Shown here: piece by piece, positions 49,445 to 58,966 of the stretch
How the letters are laid out: every line of letters starts with the position of its first letter
Numbering within the stretch: the stretch's first letter is position 1
Assembly: GCA_965204575.1 (NCBI GenBank)
Contig: OZ241993.1
Span: 1,664,001 to 1,728,000, forward strand
DNA length: 64,000 nt
Direction of reading: 5' to 3'
Source of the DNA: an uncultured candidatus Porisulfidus sp.
GTDB lineage: Bacteria; Pseudomonadota; Gammaproteobacteria; Poriferisulfidales; Poriferisulfidaceae
The notes under the pieces: model-generated
Seen by the model: the letters and a program-made list of their open reading frames with translations, nothing else
What the model was told of the DNA's origin: nothing
Database searches by the model: none
Program-made: the position numbers and the translations under genes

Positions 49445-49864
49445 ATGGAGTTCCTGAAACCCCGCACCCTCAAGGCCCGCCAGAAAACCCTCGCCCTGCT
49501 CCTGCCCTGCCTCACACCCGTTCAGGATGACCTCGGAAATGTCCCGGTTTCGATGCAGCAGGACCCCCGCGTCAACGGTGCCTTGATCGGTTTGACTGAA
49601 CGCGTCTGCGCCTACTTCAAAGTCACCCGGCCAATCCACATCCAGCGTGTAATCGCTACTGTTTTCGAGGAAATCTACCGCCGCGAAGCAACCGCCGTCC
49701 TCACGCAGTGCGACGAACTTCTGGAAGACCCCCAGTCCGAACTGTCCCGAGCGCGCATCAGCATCGGGGAGCTGCAGCCGGAAACTCCAGATCCAAACTG
49801 GGTGAGCGAACTGAACGACTACATCCAGAAAAACTACGAACGCCCCGACATCCTGGTGCTCTGA
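49445..49864 (+). CDS. Hypothetical protein
   Basis: Host-like codon usage; apparent operon with the next ORF. Confidence 0.6.
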   Translation: MEFLKPRTLKARQKTLALLLPCLTPVQDDLGNVPVSMQQDPRVNGALIGLTERVCAYFKVTRPIHIQRVIATVFEEIYRREATAVLTQCDELLEDPQSELSRARISIGELQPETPDPNWVSELNDYIQKNYERPDILVL

Positions 49865-49875
49865 ACTTCTGATTC

Positions 49876-51009
49876 ATGGACATCGCCCTGCACCGCTCAG
49901 CCTCCGACATCGAGGAAGACCTGGAATATTACTTCAGCGAACAGCGTGACAAGCACAACCAGATTCGTCCCTCGGATGACATCCGGAGTTTCACCACGGA
50001 TTCCCCGAATTTCACGGCAAATCCTAGTGAAGGCGAAATCGGCAACGTGTTTTATCCCTTTGCGCCATTCTCGCTGGATCGTATCTTCATCGGCATCAGC
50101 TTTCCCCTGTTCTCCAACAATTGGGGCGCCGCCTTCCTGCGCCACCTGCTGGGCCTGATTAAACCCAAAGGCGGCGTTATCCTCCCGGTCTACCCAGAAG
50201 TCCAGGCACGCGACCAAGGTCTGTGGTGTCGCAGTTCCCTAGAAAACATCTTTCGCAGCCGTTCGCGTTTCATCGGCATCAGCAACATCTGGGCGGAAAA
50301 CGACGGCGTCATGTCGATGCGGGTCGGCCGTCGGTGGCCACCTGTCATTCCAAGCACGGCCCGGTGGCTGTTCGAACAGGCACCACGGCGTGCGATGGCC
50401 TTAGGGCTACAAGGCAATACCGAGGCAGTCCGAGAGTTTTGGCAGTCCGAAGTCCAACGCTTCTGGCGTCTCGGCCGCTATCACGCCGTCATTGAACAGA
50501 TCATCCGCAATCAATACGGCCCGCGCCGGCCTGTGCGCTTGGCTGTCTCCGGCGAAGATGCAGGCATTCTCGCGCTTGAATGCCTCTACAGCCCTTATAC
50601 CCGTGTCACCCGGGCTGTTGCCTCCGGCACCAAGGAAGATATTGATGACCTGCAAGCCCTGGACCAAGCCTGTTCAACCCAAGCGCATGGTCCTCTAGAA
50701 CGTCCTGGCTCAACAGATTTCGGAAATTCGCTTGATGTGTTGTGCCTCGCCAACCCTCATGCTCTAAACCCAGACTCGGTCGTGTACCTACTTGCCAAAA
50801 ACGGTACGCTCATCCTGCCCCCCAAATGCGCCGAATTGACCCCGGGCCTTGGCTCGAGGTTCAACGAGCCAGAATATTATTCGGACATCGTCGCGCAGCG
50901 CCTCCACAGCAGCGTCCCGATCTACCATTACTCCGAGCGGATCGAGGAGGAAATCGCCCGGCAAATCGAATCACATCAAGACGCCTTCATGGTTCTGAGC
51001 AAGGCTTAG
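49876..51009 (+). CDS. Hypothetical protein, possibly with degenerate methyltransferase-like folds
   Basis: 377-aa ORF; LIKPKGGVIL and LLAKNGTLIL resemble the LKPGG motif. Confidence 0.55.
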   Translation: MDIALHRSASDIEEDLEYYFSEQRDKHNQIRPSDDIRSFTTDSPNFTANPSEGEIGNVFYPFAPFSLDRIFIGISFPLFSNNWGAAFLRHLLGLIKPKGGVILPVYPEVQARDQGLWCRSSLENIFRSRSRFIGISNIWAENDGVMSMRVGRRWPPVIPSTARWLFEQAPRRAMALGLQGNTEAVREFWQSEVQRFWRLGRYHAVIEQIIRNQYGPRRPVRLAVSGEDAGILALECLYSPYTRVTRAVASGTKEDIDDLQALDQACSTQAHGPLERPGSTDFGNSLDVLCLANPHALNPDSVVYLLAKNGTLILPPKCAELTPGLGSRFNEPEYYSDIVAQRLHSSVPIYHYSERIEEEIARQIESHQDAFMVLSKA

Positions 51010-51239
51010 AGCCATTGGTAAATTGCTCCCGCGATGAACGCCACACTGACGATCAGGGCTACTGCATTGAACAACACGGGCTTCCAGCCGGCATCCCTCT
51101 TCCCCTGCCGTAGCCGTCCAATCTCATGGATCAGCACGTTCCCGCTGACCAGCGCTGGAAGAACCGCCAGCACGCCGAACAGCGTTATGCCATAGCGATA
51201 GTGCGGTAGGTTGATGATCCAGTCCCAATCCCAATCCAT
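51006..51239 (-). CDS. Small 2-TM membrane protein
   Basis: Two hydrophobic segments. Confidence 0.5.
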   Translation of the reverse strand: MDWDWDWIINLPHYRYGITLFGVLAVLPALVSGNVLIHEIGRLRQGKRDAGWKPVLFNAVALIVSVAFIAGAIYQWL

Positions 51240-53187
51240 ACGGGCACTCCACACGCCCTACTCTTGCCGACAGTATACGTGCTGGCTGCTGGCCTTCGCC
51301 CTCCTGGCCGCCCTGCCCACTCTCGCCCCGGCAGCCAAATCCAGTGACTCCGAGCTGGCAGCCCAACGCGGGGTCTACAGTCAGGCCCTGAAAGCCCTGA
51401 AGAAAGGCCAAACCAAGCGCTTCCACCGCCTGCGCAAGCAACTCGGCGACTACCCGCTGGTCTCCTATCTCGACTACCGCTACCTGGTCGTACGCCGCGG
51501 TGGATCACACGACAAGCAGATCGCGAATTTCATCGTCGAGCATAAAGACTCCCACCTGAGCCGCCGGCTGCACAATGCCTGGTTGCGCTCCCTGTTCAAG
51601 CGTCGTCAATACACCAAGTTGATCAACTCTTACCAGGAAAACGGCGATGTCAGCCTCCAGTGCTTGTACGTCCGATCCCATATCCGCCTCAAAAGATCCA
51701 CTCAAGAGCTTGAGCCGCTGATCCATTCCATCTGGCTACACGGCAAGTCCCGGCCCAAGATCTGCGACCCCCTGTTCAAGTGGTTCCAAAGCAACGGGCT
51801 GACCAATGACCTGGTCTGGCAGCGCATCCAGTTGAGCATGGAGAAACGCAATACTCGCATGGCACGCTATCTCAAGCGCTTCCTGCCGAAAAAGGAGCGT
51901 GCCTGGGTCGACCTCTGGATCCGGGTTCACCGGAACCCGAAACGCTACCTGAGAGACCGCCGCCTTAAATCCGGTAGCCCCCACGCGAGCCGGATCGTCG
52001 CGCACGGCATCACGCGCCGTGCACGCAAAGACCCCGAAGCCGCTCACGAATGGTATCAAGGATTCCGCAAGGCCAAGGTGCTCAGCCTCAAGCAGGTCCA
52101 GGATTTGCGCTACCGCATTGCCCTGGAAGCCGCCAGCGACGGGTTGCCGCTGGCCCATTCATTGATGGAAGCCACTCCCAATTACTTGCGTGACGACACG
52201 TTCCGGCACATGCGTCTGCGCCTGGCCCTGCATGAAAGGGACTGGCAGAAGATTCTCGAGGCTGCCCAAGAACTGCCGGATGCCTATCCGTACAACCAAA
52301 TGGGCTCGTACTGGCAGGCCCGCGCGCTGAAGCAACTCGGCCGCACTGCCGAAAGTGTCAAGCTGTTCGAGGAAGTCGCCAATCACCGCAGTTACTACGG
52401 GTTCCTCGCGGCTGAACGGCTCAACCGGCCACACTCCGTGAACAATGCCCCCACTCCTCTGGAAAAGGTTTCCAGGAAAGAACCACCCGCGCTGAAGCGG
52501 GCCCGCGAGTTCCTCCATCAAGGGAGCATCATGAACGCGCGCGAAGAATGGTACGACCTGATGGATCAAGGCAGCATAGAGGAACTCAATCTTGCAGCCA
52601 TCGCCGCCAGCAACTGGGGTTGGCATGAAGGCACGATCCGCGCCTTCGGGAAAAACCGAAACTTCGACGATCTCAAGCGCCGCTTCCCGCGGGCTCACGC
52701 CAAACTGTTCGAAAGAGAGGCCCGCCGCAACAAGGTCGACTCTTCCCTGTTGTTCGCCATCTCTCGACGCGAAAGTGCTTTCGCGGCCGACACGCGCTCC
52801 CGAGCCGGGGCCGTCGGCCTGATGCAATTGATGCCGGGAACCGCACGGCAGGTCGCCCGGTCCCTCAAGCTCAAGCGCCCCCGGACCCAGTCCCTCAAAA
52901 AGCCTTCCCTGAATATCCGCCTGGGCAGCCGCTACATTGCCGACATGCTCAAGCGCTACAACGGCAACCCTGCCATGGCCCTGGCCGCCTACAACGCCGG
53001 TCCCGGAGCCGTTGACCGCTGGCGTCCCGATTTCGAGACGGATGCCGATATCTGGATCGACACCATCCCGTTCGAAGAGACCCGGAAATACGTCCGCATC
53101 GTGCTGGAATACGCCGTCATCTACCAGTGGCAGGCCGGCCGGAAAACTTCGCCGATCTGGCCGCAGATCCAGCCGATCCGCCCCTGA
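51211..53187 (+). CDS. slt: Soluble lytic murein transglycosylase (start uncertain)
   Basis: DYPL, YYGFLA, RRESAF, GAVGLMQLMP, AAYNAGP, IPFEETRKYV. Confidence 0.92.
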   Translation: MMIQSQSQSIRALHTPYSCRQYTCWLLAFALLAALPTLAPAAKSSDSELAAQRGVYSQALKALKKGQTKRFHRLRKQLGDYPLVSYLDYRYLVVRRGGSHDKQIANFIVEHKDSHLSRRLHNAWLRSLFKRRQYTKLINSYQENGDVSLQCLYVRSHIRLKRSTQELEPLIHSIWLHGKSRPKICDPLFKWFQSNGLTNDLVWQRIQLSMEKRNTRMARYLKRFLPKKERAWVDLWIRVHRNPKRYLRDRRLKSGSPHASRIVAHGITRRARKDPEAAHEWYQGFRKAKVLSLKQVQDLRYRIALEAASDGLPLAHSLMEATPNYLRDDTFRHMRLRLALHERDWQKILEAAQELPDAYPYNQMGSYWQARALKQLGRTAESVKLFEEVANHRSYYGFLAAERLNRPHSVNNAPTPLEKVSRKEPPALKRAREFLHQGSIMNAREEWYDLMDQGSIEELNLAAIAASNWGWHEGTIRAFGKNRNFDDLKRRFPRAHAKLFEREARRNKVDSSLLFAISRRESAFAADTRSRAGAVGLMQLMPGTARQVARSLKLKRPRTQSLKKPSLNIRLGSRYIADMLKRYNGNPAMALAAYNAGPGAVDRWRPDFETDADIWIDTIPFEETRKYVRIVLEYAVIYQWQAGRKTSPIWPQIQPIRP

Positions 53188-53208
53188 CGGCCCGCATGCG
53201 GACTGCAA

Positions 53209-54483
53209 TCAGGCTTTCGCCGCGAGCAAGGCTTGGTCGAGATCTTCGAGAATGTCGTCGATATGCTCAATGCCGATCGACAGGCGCACCATGTCCGGGC
53301 TGACCCCGGCGGCCTTCATGGAAGCCTCGTCCAACTGGCGGTGAGTGGTGGTCGCCGGGTGGCAGGCCAGCGACTTGGCGTCCCCGATGTTGACCAGCCG
53401 GACAATCAGGTTCAGGGCATCGATAAACCGCCCGCCGGCTTCTGCGCCTCCTTTAATTCCAAAACTCAGGATGGACGAGGCCTGCCCGCCCATGTAGCGC
53501 TGCACGCGGTCGTGATGCGGATGATCCTCAAGCCCCGCGAACTGCACCCAGCCCACCTGGTTGTGCCCCTGCAGGAACTCCGCGACCTTTTGCGCGTTCT
53601 CGCAATGCCGCTCCATGCGCAACGGCAGGCTCTCGATTCCCTGCAGAACCAGGAAGCTGTTGAACGGTGACAATGCCGCGCCCATATTGCGCAACGGAAT
53701 TAGCCGGACCCGCGTAATGTAGGCTGCCGCACCCAGATCGGTGTAGACCACGCCGTGGTAGGAAGCGTCCGGCTCGCTCATCATGGGAAAACGGTCCGCG
53801 TGATCGAGCCATGGGAATTTCCCGGAATCCACCACGACACCGCCGATGGACGTGCCGTGCCCACCCATGTACTTGGTCAGGGAATGGATCACGATGTCGG
53901 CCCCGAATTCGACAGGCCGACACAGTACCGGGGTCGGAACCGTGTTGTCCACCACCAGCGGCAATCCGTGCGCATGCGACAAATCGGCCAACGCCGTCAG
54001 ATCCGCGACATTGCCAAGCGGATTCCCGATGGTCTCGCAAAAAACCAGCCGCGTATGGTCGTCAATGCTTGCCTCCATGGTTTCCAGGTCATCCGGGTCG
54101 ACGAAACGGACTTCGATGCCCAGCCTCGGCAAGGCATGCGCGAACAGGTTGTAGGTGCCACCGTACAGGGTATGCGTGGAAACAATGTTGTCACCGCTGC
54201 CCGCGATCGTGAAGATTGCATCGGTAATGGCCGCCATTCCGGAGGACAGCCCCAGCGCCCCGACGCCACCCTCCATTTCGGCAACGCGCTTCTCCAGCAC
54301 CGCCGTGGTCGGATTCATGATCCGGGTGTAGATGTTGCCCTCGACCTTGAGGTCGAACAGGTCCGCCCCGTGTTGCGTATCGTCGAAAGCGTACGACGTG
54401 GTCTGGTAGACCGGCACGGCCACCGCCTTGGTTGTGGCTTCCGGTTCGTAGCCGCCGTGCACGGCCAGAGTTTCCATCTTCAT
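53209..54483 (-). CDS. metY: O-acetylhomoserine sulfhydrylase (aminocarboxypropyltransferase)
   Basis: ETLAVHGG, YQTTSY, GNIYTRIMNPT, HSLTKY (PLP lysine), NIGDAKSL. Confidence 0.93.
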   Translation of the reverse strand: MKMETLAVHGGYEPEATTKAVAVPVYQTTSYAFDDTQHGADLFDLKVEGNIYTRIMNPTTAVLEKRVAEMEGGVGALGLSSGMAAITDAIFTIAGSGDNIVSTHTLYGGTYNLFAHALPRLGIEVRFVDPDDLETMEASIDDHTRLVFCETIGNPLGNVADLTALADLSHAHGLPLVVDNTVPTPVLCRPVEFGADIVIHSLTKYMGGHGTSIGGVVVDSGKFPWLDHADRFPMMSEPDASYHGVVYTDLGAAAYITRVRLIPLRNMGAALSPFNSFLVLQGIESLPLRMERHCENAQKVAEFLQGHNQVGWVQFAGLEDHPHHDRVQRYMGGQASSILSFGIKGGAEAGGRFIDALNLIVRLVNIGDAKSLACHPATTTHRQLDEASMKAAGVSPDMVRLSIGIEHIDDILEDLDQALLAAKA

Positions 54484-54573
54484 GTTGTCAGTCCTCAATG
54501 TCGGCCAAAACCACGCTTCCTGCATGGATTAAACTGCCAGTATATAGAATAAGTACGCTTTTCAGGCTTCTCC

Positions 54574-55356
54574 ATGTCCCCGCTGCTGCCCGTCATTTCG
54601 TTCGCCCTGTACCTGGTTGCCCTAGCGGGCATCATGTCGGACAAATTGAGTCGCAACTCCACGGCCGTCGCCTGGGCGGCAGGCTGCGTACTGCACGCCT
54701 GGGTCCTGTTCGACCCGACCGGGGCTGGAGGAAGCTTCACGTTTACCTTCTTCAATGCCATGGCGTTGACCGCCCTGCTGATCAACGCGCTGGTCCTGGC
54801 CTGGGCCGTATTCCAGCCGACCTGGCATTTGGGTCTGATTACTCTTCCCTGCGCTCTGGCCGCCATCTGGATCGAACCCGCCACAGGCTCACAGGTGACC
54901 ACCCTTCCATGGAGCGTCGGCACGCACATCATGATTTCGCTTCTGGCCTACGGCACACTGATGCTGGCCGGGGCCCAAGCCCTGATGCTGTTGCTGAAAG
55001 AACACCAACTTGCTTCTCGCCATCTAACCGACCGGATTTCTGTCCTATTGCCGCCATTGGACCGGATGGAATCTCTATTGATCAAGATTATTGCGCTGGG
55101 CCTGATCTTGCTTTCAATTGGCCTCGCTGTCGGCGGCAGTGCACTGACCGAACCGTTCAGCCCCGGCATGTTGCACAAGATGACGTTTTCCGCCTTGGCG
55201 TGGATCACACTCGTCGCGCTTCTGTGGGGACATTGGCAATTCGGCTGGCGAGGACGGCTGGCCGCCGGCATGACTCTGGCGGGTCTTGTCTTCCTGATTC
55301 TCGGTTTTCTCGGCACCAAGCTGGTTCTGGAAATAATTATTAATCAACCTGTTTAG
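54574..55356 (+). CDS. ypjD: Cytochrome c assembly family inner-membrane protein (YpjD/CcsA-like)
   Basis: HI..SLLAYG, LPPL..ME, HK..FS..AW, GWRG, GTKLVLE. Confidence 0.88.
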   Translation: MSPLLPVISFALYLVALAGIMSDKLSRNSTAVAWAAGCVLHAWVLFDPTGAGGSFTFTFFNAMALTALLINALVLAWAVFQPTWHLGLITLPCALAAIWIEPATGSQVTTLPWSVGTHIMISLLAYGTLMLAGAQALMLLLKEHQLASRHLTDRISVLLPPLDRMESLLIKIIALGLILLSIGLAVGGSALTEPFSPGMLHKMTFSALAWITLVALLWGHWQFGWRGRLAAGMTLAGLVFLILGFLGTKLVLEIIINQPV

Positions 55357-55435
55357 TGGGATATCGTTATCTGATACACATTTCGTAAACTACTTTCATT
55401 AATTAATTTTTAAATAACTAAATAATAAAAATACC

Positions 55436-57466
55436 ATGTCAGAATTAGGCTCAGGCAGGGATGCCGTCGCAAATTACATCAATATTTGCCACACGATTGC
55501 AGATTCATACCCAGAAAGTATTGCGCATGGTTTGCAAAAAGACGCCATACAGAATTCCGTTGATGCCCGTAAAAGCAAGAGACTTCCCGTGCATGTCGAG
55601 TTCCAGGTGATTGAAAATGAGCGCGGCACTTTCTTGACTTTCACCGACAGCAATACTGTTGGGCTGACTGGGGATGTAGTGAATTCCGCATCAGATTACA
55701 GCAATCTCAGAAGCGATGACCACTGGGCACGATTTGAAGCATTCGCCTTCACCAAGGACGATCCTGATGCACTAGGTGCCAGAGGACAAGGAAAATTCAT
55801 TTTCCTTCGTGCGTCCCAGCAATACAAGATGGTGTATGACACTTTGCGAGACGACGGCACATACCGGCTTGGCGCCACGCAAGCGACGGAAACTGGTCGT
55901 CCAGTGTATCCCCAATACGGCGAAAGCTGGGAAGACTCAATTGCGGCAGCCAAGCTATTCGAGCTCTGCGGCTTAGAGCCTTTGAGGGAAGTCGGAACGA
56001 GGATTATCGTCTGTGACCCACTGCCAGAGGTTTTAGAGGAAATTGAAAGCGATGATTTCGAGAGGGCGATTCAGGAGACATGGCTTCGCGCTATTGATAA
56101 AAAACAATTGAATGTGCGAATCAATTCAGCACAAAACAGCAAGGAAATCAGTATGCCGTTTCCATATCCATTGCCTGACGTTGACACTCCGAACGTCAAA
56201 ACCTGGATATATGGCAGGGATTTTAATGATTTTGAAATCATCTCGGCTGACGGGACATTCAAGATCAAAAAGTTTCATGCTGTTTTCTTCCGTGAAAACG
56301 ACATCCGGGACGATCTCCAAGGAATTGCGATCGTGCAGAACGGCATGAAAATTTCCTCGCTTAATATGGAGATGGCTCCTGCTGATATTTCCCGAGGAAT
56401 CACTGGATTCATTGAATTCGACCGGGAGCTTGACCGAGAGTTACGCAAAGGAAGGAACCAGAGCCCGAATCATTACAGCCTGAAGTGGCGAAGCTCCACT
56501 CCACGAGCAATAAAGCAATTCATCATTAAACAGCTGGATGCGTTCGGACGACAGAAACTCGGCATTGGAGAGAATGAAAAAGAAAAGCAGAGACGTCTTC
56601 GAAATAGTGCAGAAAAGGAAGCCATGGAACTGTTCCGCCGTTTCGCTCCTGATATTGACTTGCGGACTCCACGCCCTGGACCTGGGCCGGGGCCCTCTCC
56701 AGACCCAAACCCTGATCCCAAACCGCCCCCGCACAAGGAAATTGGATTGATGGCCCGCGCAAAGTTTCCAGATGAAGGGAAAAAGCCTAGAGTCGACTGG
56801 GGTGAAACGATATTTCTGTTCGTACAGATTTTCAATAAAACTACTGATTTTGTAGAAGGGCTATTATCAGCCCGGGTTCTTTCAGGCGACTCGTGCATAG
56901 AAGTATTACTGGATAATAGTCACGTAGAGTTAGGGCCTAGCGAAAATGGGCCATTTGTAGTGAAGCCAGACAACACCTCACCAACCACGGTGGGCATTGA
57001 TGCCTCTCGCTACAAAGTCCCTGGGGAATACCGTATCAGGCTTGTGCTGACCGATGCCGAAACTGGGAGCCAGCTGGATATTCGCACAGTGAGATTCTGG
57101 GTGGAAGATAATCCTCCCCACCGCATGCCTTTTAATCTGGAACCCGCTGAACTCCCTACGCGCCGTGCGTGGCACCCCCATGGCGACCTCCACGATGACC
57201 CTACCATCTACTACAATACGTTGCACCCTGAATATCGTTGTGCGCAAGAAAGTGAAGAGGAGCAGGCTGACTATCTCTTCACCATCTGCCTAGAAGGTGC
57301 ACTGCATTTCATCCTGACCCGCCCACATACAGACCAAGGGCCTGATTACCATCCCTTGGATACTGACAAAATTGTAAAGAGTGGTGAGGATATGATGCCT
57401 GAAAAAGTCTTTGAGGAAATTAGCAGGTATATGTCGGAAGTCCTCTGGCGGCGTTTTAGAGAGTAG
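55436..57466 (+). CDS. GHKL (Bergerat-fold) ATPase, MORC/Hsp90-like, with Pro-rich linker and beta-rich C-terminal region
   Basis: DAIQNSVDA, DSNTVGL, GARGQGK, GTRI motifs; PGPGPGPSPDPNPDPKPPP linker; YYNTLHPEY. Confidence 0.75.
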   Translation: MSELGSGRDAVANYINICHTIADSYPESIAHGLQKDAIQNSVDARKSKRLPVHVEFQVIENERGTFLTFTDSNTVGLTGDVVNSASDYSNLRSDDHWARFEAFAFTKDDPDALGARGQGKFIFLRASQQYKMVYDTLRDDGTYRLGATQATETGRPVYPQYGESWEDSIAAAKLFELCGLEPLREVGTRIIVCDPLPEVLEEIESDDFERAIQETWLRAIDKKQLNVRINSAQNSKEISMPFPYPLPDVDTPNVKTWIYGRDFNDFEIISADGTFKIKKFHAVFFRENDIRDDLQGIAIVQNGMKISSLNMEMAPADISRGITGFIEFDRELDRELRKGRNQSPNHYSLKWRSSTPRAIKQFIIKQLDAFGRQKLGIGENEKEKQRRLRNSAEKEAMELFRRFAPDIDLRTPRPGPGPGPSPDPNPDPKPPPHKEIGLMARAKFPDEGKKPRVDWGETIFLFVQIFNKTTDFVEGLLSARVLSGDSCIEVLLDNSHVELGPSENGPFVVKPDNTSPTTVGIDASRYKVPGEYRIRLVLTDAETGSQLDIRTVRFWVEDNPPHRMPFNLEPAELPTRRAWHPHGDLHDDPTIYYNTLHPEYRCAQESEEEQADYLFTICLEGALHFILTRPHTDQGPDYHPLDTDKIVKSGEDMMPEKVFEEISRYMSEVLWRRFRE

Positions 57467-57470
57467 TGTT

Positions 57471-58172
57471 ATGGCTGTACTTCTAAGAGTAGTCGTAAAC
57501 CTCACAGGGCAAGAAGAGGAAATCAAGGTCTACCATCCGCCTGGGGAACTTTCTAGAGAGAATCAGAAACGTGCGGACGATCTCGACGAATTTCTAGCGA
57601 AAGAAGTGCCGGTATCGGCCGAACGAACCATGCACCTGCCAGATCAGGCTCACCCTATGCGGAAGTGGTACTTATTTGGTCAGGAACTCCGGCGGATCGT
57701 GGACGGTAATGAACTAGTGCTAGATCGAGACTTGAAAGAAGGATACATATGGGAGGCAATTAAACAACACCTTCCAGAAAGTTTCGGCTTGAAGGGAGCC
57801 GGGCAGGCTCGAATGAGAAAATCAAAGACGCACCTATCTTCCAACCGGGGGCACCTACCTGTGTGCTATGCAGTAGCACATTATGGTTGGGAGGATGTGA
57901 GTTGGATTCGCCGTTGGACCGATTGGTGTGCTATTTATTACCGTGAGAGTATGTGGAAAGATCGCAGAGTACTAGTTTCTCTTCGGAAAGAGATCGAAAA
58001 CATGAAAACATACCCCAAAGGTACTGAATTCAGGGAAATCATAGGCAACTTAGCAAAGCAAACGACGAAAAAGAACCTAGAGGTGCTTGATGATTCCACT
58101 ATTGTCGAGAAGGTTCACCGTGCAGTTGTGCAAGCAAGACTCAAGAAAGACGGAACGGAAAGTTCCGAATGA
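57471..58172 (+). CDS. Hypothetical partner protein of the GHKL ATPase
   Basis: ATG 4 bp after the ATPase stop; Trp-rich, predicted helical. Confidence 0.65.
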   Translation: MAVLLRVVVNLTGQEEEIKVYHPPGELSRENQKRADDLDEFLAKEVPVSAERTMHLPDQAHPMRKWYLFGQELRRIVDGNELVLDRDLKEGYIWEAIKQHLPESFGLKGAGQARMRKSKTHLSSNRGHLPVCYAVAHYGWEDVSWIRRWTDWCAIYYRESMWKDRRVLVSLRKEIENMKTYPKGTEFREIIGNLAKQTTKKNLEVLDDSTIVEKVHRAVVQARLKKDGTESSE

Positions 58173-58319
58173 CTGATGATGCGGTCGCATATTCGCGATT
58201 AATCCCACTATCAAACCAGAATCAAATGAAGGAAATCGTAAGTGGGTTCCATCTGCAGCCACTTGTGGGCTTTTTTCGCCTTCAGCTTTATGAATCACCT
58301 TCCATGATAGGATCGGGCC

Positions 58320-58544
58320 ATGAGCGGATCAAGCCCCAAAAGCTATACGGCCGTTGTCGAACGTTGCCCAGATACAGGACTCTATGTCGGTTACGTCCCC
58401 GGTTTTCCCGGTGCATATAGCCAAGGTGAGACGCTTGAGGAACTCAACGACAACCTCAAGGAAGCTATCGCCATGATACTCGACGACGGCATGCCTGCAA
58501 TGGCGGGAGAATTTGTCGGCACGCAAGTTGTCGTGGTGGCCTGA
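58320..58544 (+). CDS. hicB: HicB-family antitoxin
   Basis: YTAVVE..YVGYVPGFPGAYSQGETLEEL..NLKEAI. Confidence 0.88.
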   Translation: MSGSSPKSYTAVVERCPDTGLYVGYVPGFPGAYSQGETLEELNDNLKEAIAMILDDGMPAMAGEFVGTQVVVVA

Positions 58545-58550
58545 GACCGA

Positions 58551-58610
58551 GTGCCTCTGGTCCCTGTCCTCAAGCCGCGAGAGGTGATAGCCCTCCCCAA
58601 AGCACTGGAC
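58551..58610 (+). pseudogene. hicA: 5' stub of a HicA toxin
   Basis: VPLVPVLKPREVIAL..AL matches the HicA N-terminus, then runs into ypjD sequence before the catalytic GSH motif. Confidence 0.7.
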
Positions 58611-58906
58611 TGCATGGGATTCCCACTAATCAAGATTATCGTCCTTGGCCTGATTCTGCTTTCAATTGGCCTCGCACTGTCGGCGGCAGCGCACTGACCA
58701 AACCATTCAGCCCCGGGATGCTGCACAAAATGACGTTCTCCGCCTTGGCGTGGGTCACGCTCGTCGCACTTCTATGGGAACATTGGCAGTTCGGCTGGCC
58801 AGGACGGCTGGCCGCCGGCATGACGCTGGCAGGCATCGTCTTTCTAATCCTGGGTTTTCTTGGAACAAAACTGGTGCTAGAAATAATTCTAAGCCCGCCT
58901 ATTTAA
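58605..58906 (+). pseudogene. Diverged duplicate of the last 300 bp of ypjD, with a +2 frameshift
   Basis: Aligns with 55057-55356 through the stop codon; CTCGCTGTC has become CTCGCACTGTC. Confidence 0.9.
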
Positions 58907-58966
58907 CCAACTCAAAACTGTCATGGGGCAATTTGAAGAATATATCACGCTCCGATGACGCTGAGA

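Noticed and set aside
58169-58420. 83-aa ORF after the GHKL partner as a third gene
   Set aside because: It overlaps hicB out of frame and has no recognisable motifs
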